Assembly (NCBI GenBank): GCA_001662655.1
Contig: KV460209.1
Origin: Pseudogymnoascus verrucosus
Taxonomy: Eukaryota
DNA: 64,000 nucleotides
Direction: 5' to 3' (one strand)
Position 1 is the first letter of the stretch. Each line of letters opens with the position of its first letter. Shown here piece by piece: positions 25,864-37,469 of the stretch. The translations under genes were made by a program, and so were the position numbers. A model generated the notes under the pieces. The model was not told the origin of the DNA. It saw only the letters and a list, made by a program, of their open reading frames with translations, and made no database searches.

Positions 25864-28800
25864 CTAATGCATCCTCCTCAGTCCCTCCACCAAATCCCTA
25901 ACCTCTTCCACCTTAGCCAATCCCTTACACACCACGTCCTGCCTCTCCTCATCCAAGTCGAGGAACCGCTCAATCAGTTCCCCATCAATGAACCGGTAAG
26001 GCTCCTCCGTCTCACGCTCTGCATTGCGGAAGGATCGGTAAGTGGCAAACGGAATATTGCCGGGCGTTTCGACATTCTCAGCTAGGCGCTGTTGGAGGCG
26101 CAGTAGCAGGTCCTGGGAGGCCGGGGCGACGCTGCCATAGAGGAAGAGGGAGCCCTCAGTCTGTAGATATATTAGTCACCATATCAAACACACACATTCC
26201 CGTATTACAACGGAGATAATAAGGGAAAAGGGGTACTCACAGTCGCCAAGAACGCCCTCGGAACCACAGTCGCATCCTCACTCGCATCGACCCGAATCTT
26301 GCGTATCCGATTCACCTGCTCTCCAAGGTGAAACTCGCCCGTAACCTCCATCTTCTTGCGGTCCTCAAGCGTAACGCCCGCCTCGTTGTGCCTCAGCACA
26401 ATCAGATTCCCGTCCGCGTCCGCCTCCAGCCATCCCTCATCAATATGTGCCACAGCCGTTGCCCAAACACTCTGGAAATGCCTCGCGACCTCAACAAGAG
26501 TGGGCGCCTCGCCGCCGGTCCCAGCACGATACTCGACGAGCGAGACGGACTTCATCAGGTCCGCGACAGCGATGGTATTCCCCTCAATAGCGAGATCGAC
26601 CGGGCACGTGCTAGTGCGGTAGCTGGCAACCTTCTCGATGCGCGCGCTGGTGCCGCTGAGCTCCGTGTAGTCGAAGACGACGACAGTCTTGACGAGTGCG
26701 GCGACAATCTTGCCGTCGATAACCCCGAGACAGCGACATGCGCCTTTGACCTTGTACTCGGCGATCTTGTAGGGGTTGCGGGAGGAGTCGACGCCGAAGA
26801 CGAGGATGCGGCCACGGTAGGAGAGGGCGGCGTCGTCGTCGAGGAAAGAAGTGCCGACAATGAAGCGCTCTTGGGGCGTGCCGTAGGTATTTGGAAGAGG
26901 GGCGCGGATGACTGCCTCTACCAGTTCCTCGCCTTGGGAGGTGCCGAGTTGGAAGGGTTTGCCTAGCTCGGAGAAGACAACTTCATCGACGAGGCGGAAG
27001 GAGCTTTCTATGACTTCTTCGCCGTTGACGAGCTCGCGCTTGATGGCGCCGAGGCCGAAGACTTTTTCGGACGGAGAATAGGCCACGCGGCGAACTGTTT
27101 CGCCCATTGGAAGTGTTCTTACGTGGGTGCGGCGCTCGGTATCGATTTGGCTGATCTTGATCTCTGAAGCCGTCGCAACTACAATTGCGTCTGGGTAGGC
27201 GGCAGCGTTAAATGGGCAGATGAACGTTGCATCCTCAGCCGTGACAGCGGAGTAGATGATGCGTCCTTCTGAGCTGTAGATCAAGCTAGGATGCTCGCAG
27301 GTCGCAAATACGTTCATAAGGCCGTCCGCACGAGGAAGGACGCGTAGGTTGGCTTGCTGGGTGCCGAGTACAACTGACTTGCGATTTGTGAGAGCGAATG
27401 TGCAGGGCGTAACAGAGTATGAGTGAACAACCCCATCGGACATGGCAACGAGGAGCGTCGGCCCGGAAGTCTTTGGGAGAATCTGTGCCAGCACCATACT
27501 TCGCGGTACGGCGGCAGTGTCGTTATTGCGAAGCGTATCTCCTTGTATGGGTTGCAGCGTCCTCAGGTCTATAATAGACACCGATCCAGACTGCCAGAGC
27601 CCCACAAGCCCAATCGGTGTTTCGGTATTAGGGACGTCTATACAGGCAACCTGATCAGTGTCCCCAAAGTCTTGTCGCGCAATTTCTGACAAGTCGTTGT
27701 CTAGATCCAAAGAGATGAGCGATTTTCCGTCGGCAGATAATAGAACGTAATTCTCATTTGCCGACGCTGCAGTGATAATCTCTCCTGGCCCTGGCTGCCA
27801 TGATGCGACAGCTACACCAGATTCTGAGTCTATCAGCAATGCTTTGGATGGCGTAATCTGCAATATCCTGCCATTGGACACATTTGCGGCCAAAAGCGTA
27901 TGCTCTTCGAAGGAGAGCCCCAGGAATTCCTCTACCTCTTCAACTTCCCCTGCGCTATCAAACCGGAACACTCGTGTCTCTGTCGAGAATGATATCACCA
28001 GCGTATCGTGAAACTCCGGGTTGTTTGTTTGGAGGGTATATAACCCCTTGACGTTGTCCATTTCTCCCAGCAGACCAATATCTTCCAACCCGACTCCGCT
28101 TCGGACACTCCTCAACCCCCCCTCTTGAAAGGCACCGCTTCCAGTCACAATCCGTGCCTGACCCGACGAGAACTCATTTGCCCGCGCCTCTTCCGATCGG
28201 CTCCCCATATCCATAACTGTGAAATCAACAATTGGCGCGATGTTATCCAGAGTCTGCACCACCTCAGCAGCCTTGGCATCCATGTCCAACTTCAAGACCT
28301 GCGAGTCTCCATCATGCGATCCAATAAACAGCAGGTCGTCCTCCAGACAGACCATAGTCGACGGCCGCGAAATCCGCACAAGCTTCTTCATCGTCATCCC
28401 CGTCACGACCTCGGCATCGACCACCAGCGTGAGCAAATGCAGCCATCCATACTCATCGCCCAGCAGATATCTCAACCCATCATATGCCGTCCACGCCACA
28501 AAGATGCTGGCCTCGTCGAGCACATGCTCCAGGGTTGCCTTGCTCTCATCATCCAGATAAAGCATCCTCGTCTCACCAACCACAATCACACCTCCCAGTT
28601 GCGCCTTTGCACTGGCATTATTTCTGACCACATATCTCCTCTGGCCTCCCTCCCCTTTCGGCACCGGAATTAGGTGGCTCGCCCCAACCTCCACCTCCAG
28701 CTCATCTTCCCTCTCTTTCCTCGGATCAAACCCTCCATATTGTCCCCTCCCATCCGTAACCCTATAAGTCGCTAACCCCACCCTATCCCTCCCATCCTGA

Positions 28801-29417
28801 TATAACAGGGCCACCTTCGGACTCGTTGACTCAGTATGCAAAAACACCGTCGCCCGCACAAACAGCTCCGTAATCCTTATCTGCTCCGGGTCATCCAGGT
28901 AGGTCCCAGCCGCCGCAACCTTCCTCGGCTTCATAACCTTGACGAAGCTCAGCACGCCCTCAAACAGACTCAAGCACAGCTGCTTCCCAGACGGATCGAC
29001 AGCGCATCCCTCACCCTCAGAAGCGCCGCGCATATGTTTCTCACTCGCATCAACAAACGCATGCACCGTCTCCAGCCTCCTCGTCGCCGCGTCCCACGCG
29101 AGAGTGAAATAGTGTGCGCGCGCGGTGCCGACGAAGAGGTGTGCAGTGCGGGAGGTGGGGGGCCGGATCGCCGCGAGCATTGTGATACGCGCATGGAGGG
29201 TGCGGGTGTGTGCGAGCTGGAGGCCGGTGGGCGTCGGAGTCCATATTTCGAGGCGGTTGGATTTGCTAGAGGGGGGGAGGTTAGAGAGGGGTGAGTTCTT
29301 GGTGGGGGGAGGAGGGGCTTACGCGACGACGAGGCAGGTGGAATCGGGGTCGAGGAGGTTGAGGGAGAGGGCGTGGCGGACGCTGCTGGGGCGGTGGATG
29401 GGGACTATGTAGGACAT
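25864..29417 (-). CDS. DDB1: DNA damage-binding protein 1 (Cul4 adaptor)
   Basis: MSYIVPIHRPSSVRHA start, NIAPIVDF, IVTGSGAFQEGGLRSVRSGVG, DLMKSVSL, FHLGEQVN; last exon ends ...GLRRMH*. Confidence 0.95.
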
Positions 29418-29891
29418 GATTGCGGGAGGGTGAAGTGGAGGAGGTTGAGTTGGTGGAGGGACCCGGACATGGGCGGGTTCGTGGTGAGAGGAGAGAGCTT
29501 TCTTTGTTTCGTCCGGTTGTTCCCTTAAGGTACGGGCTTGATTACGTCGCTGTACTGATTAGATCTTATCGCGAAGCTCGGAGTTAAGAAATTAATCAGG
29601 GTTCCCCACTGATAAATTATAGCTTAGGATTAATACGAGCAATTGCAACTCATAGAGCTCGTATCTTCAGTTCCATTTGTCGGTAACTGGCTTACTTATT
29701 GTATCCCTGAGTGATTGAAAGCCTTCACTTACATTATAGTTGCTGTAATCGCTGTTGTTATATGCAGGCACTCTTTGGACTTTTAGGTGGTATGAGAACC
29801 ACACCAGCTTTATTTCACATTGAAACACGCGATCTCGAATTCATATATGCTAATGGTCTTAAAGTGTTATACTGATCTTGTATTGTAAAGT

Positions 29892-31192
29892 TTATTCTTT
29901 TCCACCAAGATATCTATACACCACAGAGAAGTCTTTCCCCTTGCACCTCTCATCCTTAGAAGCGAGATCATACACCTCGTTCGCCTTATCACCAAGCTCC
30001 AACTGAGCACCAGCTTCGTTGGCAGCCTGGATCGCAAGTCCAAGATCCTTCTTCATCAGCGATATTCCAAAGCCGCCGCTGTAATCGCGCCCAGCAGGCG
30101 AACCCTCAACCACACCCTTTACGGGGTTGTTAACCTCGCTCGGCCAGCACTTTCCAGTGCTGACATTGATAACGTTGGCGAGGACCTTGGGGTTGAGACC
30201 AGCCTTGATACCAAGGTTCATGGCCTCAGCAGTGGCGATGTTGTTGATAGCCAGGAGGTAGTTGTTCGCCAGCTTCCCGACTAAGCCAGCTCCCTGGTCT
30301 CCGCAGTGCAAGACGCGCTTGCCCATCATCATGAGGACGGGCTCTGCGCGCTGCAAGAGGGATGATGGGGCGCCGAGCATGAAAGTCAGCGTCCCCGCCG
30401 TGGCGCCGACGACACCACCAGACATGGGTGCGTCGACAAAGTTGCCTTGTTGGGTAGCAGTGACAGTATTGGCAACCTCCTTCGACGTCGCGGGGTCAAT
30501 TGTGGAGCAATCGATGAAGAGCCTGTCCTTGTGCGACCCTGTCGAGGGAGGCTGCGCAAGCACCTGGCTGAACACGCCCTTAACATGTACCGGTTCTGGG
30601 AGTACGGTAACGACGGTTTCCTAATTGCCACTTGTCAGCTTTATGCCCCCATGAGAATAAACATGAAGATGTGCAAAGAAGGAAGCTTTTTGAAAGTTCA
30701 GAGGATTGGCTTTGTTGTATAATAATAAAATCACGCGAACATACCCCCAAGACGGGGGATGCCAACTTAGTATCATGAATTGGAACAAACTCATCACGTA
30801 AAGCTGGGGAAGACAAGAAATGAGAGGGAGGGGGAGCTTACACTTCCATCGGCCGCCTCAGCTGGGGACGCCGCAATCTTTACTTGCGCACCACCACCAG
30901 CTGCGGCTACCTCGTCCGCGAACCTCTTCGTCGCCTCCGCATTAATATCCTGAATTAACAGCACATCCGTGGATGGCAACTTCTTCTGCAAGTTCTTGGC
31001 CATGTTATATCCTATCGTCGTTGTTAGCTCGCTGCACCCCGCCAAACGGGAACGTCAGATAAACGTACCCATCTGCCCAAGTCCAATAAATCCATACTGG
31101 GCGTCCCTTGCCGCCGACGCAGAGAAGCATCGCACCTGCACAACACCAAACTGCCGCCTCAGCACCGACGCGGTCCGGATATTGAAAGCCAT
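29892..31192 (-). CDS. 3-hydroxyisobutyrate dehydrogenase, mitochondrial
   Basis: Arg-rich presequence, GFIGLGQMG Rossmann motif, FVDAPMSGG, GKLANN, LMKKDLGLA. The second intron (30621-30841) is 221 nt. Confidence 0.93.
30693..30802 (-). ncRNA. Intronic box C/D snoRNA candidate
   Basis: Minus strand: C box GTGATGA (30797-30791), D' ATGA, internal CCCCC/GGGGG hairpin, C'-like GTGATTT, D box CTGA (30701-30698), flanking AGCTTT/AAAGCT stem. The guide AGCCAATCCT is complementary to conserved LSU rRNA AGGAUUGGCU. Confidence 0.7.
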
Positions 31193-32287
31193 CGCGAGAT
31201 CAAGTTGTGTTTATCCTGAGCTGTGCAGCTTCGAACAACTGACAAGTCAAGGGCGAGACTAACAACCGGGCGTGGGGAAGGTACAGTAAAGTTTGTACCG
31301 AGCACTAACTCGGGTATGTGGCCGAGATCTTCTGACATATAGAGCCGAGGGTATGCGGACCGTTCTGGACCGACTCATGAGAAGCAATTTTTATAAATAA
31401 GCAGAGCGCGCACGAAGGCGGCTGCGAGTTTAGGTCTTCTGTCACATCTTTGCAGGATGGTGAAGAGGAGGAAGATGGAAGAAAGAAAGATTGAGTGGGG
31501 GATTATAAGGGCGAGGAAGAGAAAATAATCTGACGCTAGGCTGTTTGCGGTTGGGCTGTCATTCATGGCGGCATAGCGCGTAAGGGCCAATAATTCAAGC
31601 TCATGGAATTTATCTCGTTGGAGCCATTTTTGAGCAACTGTAATTGAAAGGCTATAATACGAAATTATAACCCTAGATGAGTGGTTGAGAGACCTTGTCT
31701 TAATCGTTCCATTATAGAGAACCGTTGTACAGACTTCTGGGTGGCACGATTACTCTTACGGCGCAAAGGTAGAAAATCATCAACGGGACCACACGAAGCT
31801 TCACATATTCCCTCATTGCACATTCAAACTAATAAAGCAAGTGCCATCGAACTCCCCGCCCATAAGATAGTAGACAAGAACAACTCGAGAATTACAACTT
31901 CCTATCAAACCAGCCAGTCAAACCTCCACCCATAATATCCCCCCGTCCCATCACACATCCGCCCATCACCTCCACATCATCCTGGTCCAATGTCGACAAC
32001 CCTGCGGACCATCCCTCTCCCCCTCCTTCCCTTCCCCAACACTCGCAAAAGCCCTGGGTATCCCACAACCTATGGTGCCGTACAAACTCTCTCATGTATA
32101 GAAAGGGTGCGTAATATCGGATACCTCAACCACAACCACACCATAGAAAAGCCCCTAGAAAAAACAAGCCTCACTCAACGCCGAGATAAATTCGAAACGG
32201 AACGAGACGAGAGAGACGACAAATAGACAAGGGGTTTAGACGCGTCGCGCCCATTATAAATTAAACTTTTTTAACCACCTGCGGCAC

Positions 32288-33685
32288 CTAGAAGGCGCCC
32301 ATCACGTAGGGGATTAAAGCACTGTGTCTGTTAGCATGCGTTCATCAGGGGAGAAATAAGGAGACATAAACATACCCGATAGCCAACGTAGCACTAATAC
32401 CAATCAGCGCTCTCGCCCGCACCTTCTCCTTCTTCAGGTCGCTCTCGACCTTAGCCCTCTTCGCCGGCGCCGCACCCTCGTTCTCCTTCTCAGCCTCCTC
32501 TTCCGCCTTCCTCTTCACCTTCTTCGCCGCGGGTTTGCTGGGCCCCGCCTCAGCCTCAGCCGCCTCCTTGGCCGCCTCGTCAGCCTTGACAGCTGCCTCG
32601 ACCATCTCCTTCGCCTTGGCGATCATGGCCTCCGTGTCTTCAGGTAGGGGCAGCTCGGCGAAGCCAGCTGGCATCTCAACCTCGACGTGCGTGTGCGTTG
32701 TCTCTACATCGCCCTCGACAATGACCTCCTTGTCAACCTGGACAATGACCTTAGGCTCCTTCTCAGCATCAGTCTTCGCCGCACTGGCCTTAGCCACCTC
32801 CGCCTTTGCAGCCTTGGATTTCCTCTTTGGCTCTGGGCTTGCCGTCTCGTCCTCCTTCTCAGCAACTGACGAGCTTGGAGATCCCTCGGGCTTAGTAGCC
32901 GACTTCAGCGCCTGTTGCAGGCTCTTGCTCGACGCGCTCGCGCTCTCCTCCGAAGCAGCCTTCTGCTGCTTCAGCTTTCGCGGGGTAGCGATTGTCTTCT
33001 TCAGCGGGCTCGCGATCTTGCTCGGGCTCACGCTCCTCCTGCTTCTCCTCAGTGCCTCACCGGAGCGACCGCTCGAACCGGTTGGGGCAGCGAGGTCCTC
33101 GGGCGCAAGGAGGAAGGTAGGTGGCGGCGAGATTTTCTTGGGGGTCGTATCTCCCTTGGGGTTCACGACAATAGGTGTAGGGTCGAGGAGTGCCTTGATC
33201 CATACGCGGATACCATACTCGTCGGCCAGCTCAAGCGCGTGCGTCGGCGAGATCCAGACGTTTCCAGCAGTCTCGTTGGGGCTTGTGGTCGCGAGGCTCT
33301 TGATGTAGTTGCGCTCGGCCTCCTCCTCGTGGACCTCAGAGTAGGGGAAAGTCGCCTTGAACATGCCAGTCGCGCTGATATATCCGTCGTTTGAGCGGCG
33401 CATGAGGAAGTAGCTCGCTGGCGCGGGCTTGAAGATGCCCGACACGACGTTCTTGGGCAGCGGCGCGCGAAGGTGCGCGTAGTCGAACGTGCCGAGCTGC
33501 TTCGCCTTAACTTGCAAGTCGGTCTGGCCGAGGCGACGGCGCTCGACTAGGCTCTCGTCTAGGGGATGGGGTTAGTTGCGCGAACGGTGGGAAGGGGTCT
33601 ATGGTGCGATGGGCTTACACTTGGGAGCATTTTCGACCATGAGCAGCGCGTTGCGCTTTTCGGGAAGGTGGCGCGTGGAAGACAT
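32288..33685 (-). CDS. bqt4: Bqt4-like APSES/KilA-N inner nuclear membrane protein
   Basis: RRRLGQT, FDYAHLRAPLP, YFLMRRSNDGYISATGMFKATFP, GNVWISP, and a C-terminal TM helix ALIGISATLAIGALIPYV. Two introns. Confidence 0.85.
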
Positions 33686-34741
33686 TGTGGTTCGTTTTAT
33701 GTAGACTATCGGAAGATCTCAAGTCAATGAGGTCTTTCTTTATCTGTTTGTGGTGTGTTGTTGGCGATGAAAGCGCGAGATTCTGCTCGAATGATCTGAT
33801 TCTGCGCGCCGAAATAGTGAGAGCGACGCGATTATCTCCACCTTACTAAACTCGCGCGCAAAGGTGACCTTCGTATTGCGCCTGAAAATTCCTGATATCA
33901 ATGGAACTGAATGGGCTCAAGCTGATGTCGTACGAGTCTCATTCCCCAGATAGTAGCGGTTGGTGATGAAGGGACGGGATTGACGGATCACGGTGCAGCG
34001 AGTTTGACACGTCGATTAAGTCCCTGCGACCGGCGAACAAGCGCCCGTTTTGATGCGATTGATTGGACGACGAACAAAAGTGAGGATCCCACCACCTTCA
34101 GGACTACTTTCAAGCTAATGAAGAAGACCCTGCGACAACGCGGTGATGAAAATAAAACGTAGAAGTAGAAATGGACGATATTATTTTTTGGGGGACGTGT
34201 TGTAACAAGGAGAGCGCAATCGATAATATGGTTGGGGGGGCAGAGAAAGAGAAGTTTATCGCTCTTACCCCTGGATACGATACTAACCAGCTAAATTCTT
34301 TATGGCGCTGGTCACTGGACTAGACGGACGGAGAGGGGAATTGGGGATGGGAGGGATGGGATGGATGGGGGACGGGCACTGGACGAGCGCTGACGGGTGC
34401 ACGGGTAACCGTATCCGCCCAAATTTCCTAAATCTACTAAAATTTGCTAAATTTGCTAAATTTCCCCAGGTTGTTGGGATAAATTGGCCGGGATAAATCC
34501 GTAAAAAGTCACTGGGATAACTGAAATTACTCAAATCTGTAAAATCGCGTGGCTGGGGCGGCCGCGTTGGGCCTGACACGGACAGTTTCCGCTTCTTTCG
34601 GACGGTCGGCTCCTTTTCTTCCGTCTGCTTAGTAAGGCACTCTACCCAATTGAGAATTGAGAGGCCATCAACTTCCGATATCACATTCACACTCAGGTGG
34701 TGCTCGATGATAAATAAATTGGCACCTCTAGCTACTGAATA

Positions 34742-34897
34742 GCCTATCCCTTAACCTGTCCTTTTACCTGTCCCTTTACCTGTCCCTTTACCTGTCCCTT
34801 TACCTGTCCCTTTACCTGTCCCTTTACCTGTCCCTTTACCTGTCCCTTTACCTGTCCCTTTACCTGTCCCTTTATTTATCCCCCTACCTATCCCCGG
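34742..34897. repeat. 12-bp minisatellite (ACCTGTCCCTTT)n
   Basis: 9 perfect copies at 34766-34873 plus 4 degenerate flanking copies. Confidence 0.95.
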
Positions 34898-34919
34898 CCC
34901 CCGTCTCCTACTCGGTCTT

Positions 34920-35306
34920 CTACGCTCTAACTCGGGTGCAGTCTACGGCATGACCCAACTACACAAGTAATTAGATATGGGCACACCCTTCATCCAGGAC
35001 AGTTACTCACTGGCGAGTCCTGGCAGCAGGAGGGAAAGGACGGTAGCATGTTGGCACACACTTTTTGTAAGTCTCTGAAGTTTTCTGCCTCACGGTTTGC
35101 TAGGCCCATGGTGTCAGAATGTTATGAAGATACTACAGGAGGAGTAGCCGTACCATACTTGCAATTCACGGTATACGGAACATCTTAACCAAAGGTACGA
35201 TCTTCGCAGCAGTATGGTGTGAGTCCTAGGTTTCATTCTCAGGGCACTTGTAGAGGGCGAGTGCGGTGCTGAAGAGGGCTATGGTGACAACAAGTGAAGT
35301 GCGCAT
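34920..35306 (-). pseudogene. Class II hydrophobin-like pseudogene (exons 35306-35154, 35099-35011, 34958-34920)
   Basis: Signal peptide MRTSLVVTIALFSTALA; reconstructed spacing C-x10/11-CC-x14-C-x16-C-x9-CC-x10-C-x5; two canonical introns; upstream TATATAA. Disrupted by a frameshift near 35230 and an in-frame TAA at 35187-35185. Confidence 0.8.
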
Positions 35307-35987
35307 GGTGCTTGCAGTTGGTAGTATCGTTGATTTTTATAGCATTGGAAAGGGATGACGAGCGAGATAGTCCTGCGGGAGAGAGGCTGAGACTTATATA
35401 ACCCCCGATTTATGTCTAGGGGTACATATGGAGCATACGCCGACTGTCTTGTAGTGAAGCTGTAGGACCTACCCCCCAGCAAGTAGCATGAAGGAATGCA
35501 TCTTAGGCTTAGATCACTCACAGCAACAAATACCAGGACAAATACAGTAGTCTTACAAGCTGCAGTGCACCAAACCTTCGCCCATAACCCGGTAACCGGG
35601 CTCCAATCACTTGTAACAACCCACAAGCAGAACCTAAATTCTAAAACCTCAGCTCCTAACATGTTAGCCATCTGTGGCGGAATGGGAAATGTCTTAGACA
35701 CCATGGAGTTGATCTCACCGTTATTATCTTGCCCCCAGGATGGGTACTAACGTCTGGTAGCATGTCGTGGACCTGATTATCAGTAATAATCAGACAATTG
35801 TACGGGTGGAATACCAAGCTTGACATCTCCCTAAAGGGACAGCCGCACACTGTCAATATGGATTTCGAAGCCTAGAAACACTTTCAAGAGGTATGCCATG
35901 GCTTTAATAACCTAGTTAGCTATGTTTTTACTTAGCTACTATTCTCAAGCCTAGTCATGTGTGTGGCGTAAAAGTAGGTTTCCCGAG

Positions 35988-36989
35988 TTACAGACTCCTC
36001 CAAAACTCAATAATAGGGCGTGCAACCTCAGAAACCCGCTGTCTCACTAGGCCATGGCCAGCTCGGGGAACAACAACTACATCTTTAAATCCAACAGTCC
36101 TTAGGTCCTGCTCAGTACAGAAATCGTCGAGCTCTCCAACCACAGCCAATCGCCTGACACTACTCTGAGACACCTTTTTGAAATGCTGGTGCATGTCGAA
36201 GACGCCGCCATCTCTAACTATAGCTACTAAGCTGGGAATGTGCCCTTTGTGATACTCTCTCTCCCAGACCTGAATTGGCTCCCCACTAATCTCTCCCCTT
36301 GCAAAGTTGGCCTTCCAGTCAGGTGACACGATGAGGGGACCACCACTGACGAAGTCTACTATCCAGTCTGTCGCCACACCCTCGTCCACACCCGCACCCC
36401 CCTTTAGGTAACTTGCGCCCTCCTCAGTCAGCGTCGCAGACCTCAACAGCCCAGCTGGAGCCACCACTACCAGGCTCTGGACCAGATCCGGATATAAGGC
36501 GGTGAAGCTAGTAATCGTTGATCCGCCGAAGGAGAATCCCAGGAGATGCGCTGATGGCCATTTCAGATGCCGCAGGAGTTGTATGATTTGGTCGTGGAAT
36601 AGTGCTGGCACGTGAGGCACTAGAGGTGTAGAGGAGAGCCCATGTCCGAAGTGGTCGTATAACACTATGTGTAAGTTGGGACTGGAGGCTTGAAGGGCTT
36701 TGGCGAGGGGAAGCATGCCCAAGGCTGGGGTTCCTGCACCATGGACGATCAGGACGCGCTCTATGGGAGCATGCAGCAAAGAGACAGTAGGTGGTGGTAG
36801 TTCATAGATTGCGGTGCTTGCATTATCTGAGATGAAGTACTGAGCAGAAGGTAGATGGGCACCGAACTGGGTGATGAAGGCGGCTTCGGCAGGCGCGGGA
36901 ATAGATGCGTGAGAGGACGAGCGCTGGGTCGATGGATCGGTGTCTATTCCTGGTCGTGGGATTGTGACTGCTAAGTTGCTAAATGACAT
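35988..36989 (-). CDS. Alpha/beta-fold hydrolase (intronless)
   Basis: LIVHG, YDHFGHGLS, nucleophile elbow GFSFGG, GELDD and AGHG (candidate catalytic Asp/His). Confidence 0.88.
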   Translation of the reverse strand: MSFSNLAVTIPRPGIDTDPSTQRSSSHASIPAPAEAAFITQFGAHLPSAQYFISDNASTAIYELPPPTVSLLHAPIERVLIVHGAGTPALGMLPLAKALQASSPNLHIVLYDHFGHGLSSTPLVPHVPALFHDQIIQLLRHLKWPSAHLLGFSFGGSTITSFTALYPDLVQSLVVVAPAGLLRSATLTEEGASYLKGGAGVDEGVATDWIVDFVSGGPLIVSPDWKANFARGEISGEPIQVWEREYHKGHIPSLVAIVRDGGVFDMHQHFKKVSQSSVRRLAVVGELDDFCTEQDLRTVGFKDVVVVPRAGHGLVRQRVSEVARPIIEFWRSL

Positions 36990-37164
36990 TGTGTTCGTAG
37001 ATTTTACAGTTCTAATTTTCTAAGGAGCAACCTGAGATTGACAGCGTTTTGATGATACATATCATTAAGTATCTGCTTACAAATTGATAGCGATATCGCA
37101 ATATTGCTAAGTGGTCTCAGAGTTGTCCATGCGCGCAATTCCAGAATTAATTAAATTCAAAGGA

Positions 37165-37469
37165 CTAATAGTTTGTCTTGTTATAGGGTGCATCTCTTAA
37201 TGTAGGGATGCACTTTACTAATAAATATGATTTAAGACAGATCGCTTCAAACATTTCTAGGTTCTCAGGTGGTCGAGACACTACATCCAGGTTGTTAGCA
37301 GGTTATAGGGCTATTATGGGAGGATCGCCTTACTCTCATAGCATTTAAAGCTCACATTCGTATAGCAGCACATTGGCGTGAGGAATGGGTCATGCTTAGG
37401 GCATTCGTAGATGGCGAGGGCGGTGTTAACGAGAGTGAGGACGTAGGCAGTAACGACGGAAGTGCGCAT
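37165..37469 (-). CDS. Small secreted hydrophobin-like protein, probably degenerate (exons 37469-37334, 37280-37165; 83 aa)
   Basis: MRTSVVTAYVLTLVNTALA signal, C-x10-CC-x7-C-x16-C-x8-C with Cys7 and Cys8 missing; 53-nt GTAAGG..GCTAAC..TAG intron; upstream TATAAA. Clear N-terminal similarity to the copy at 35306. Confidence 0.65.

Noticed and set aside
34742..34897. CRISPR array or telomeric repeat
   Set aside because: Head-to-tail 12-mer with no spacers, not TTAGGG, in a eukaryotic context.
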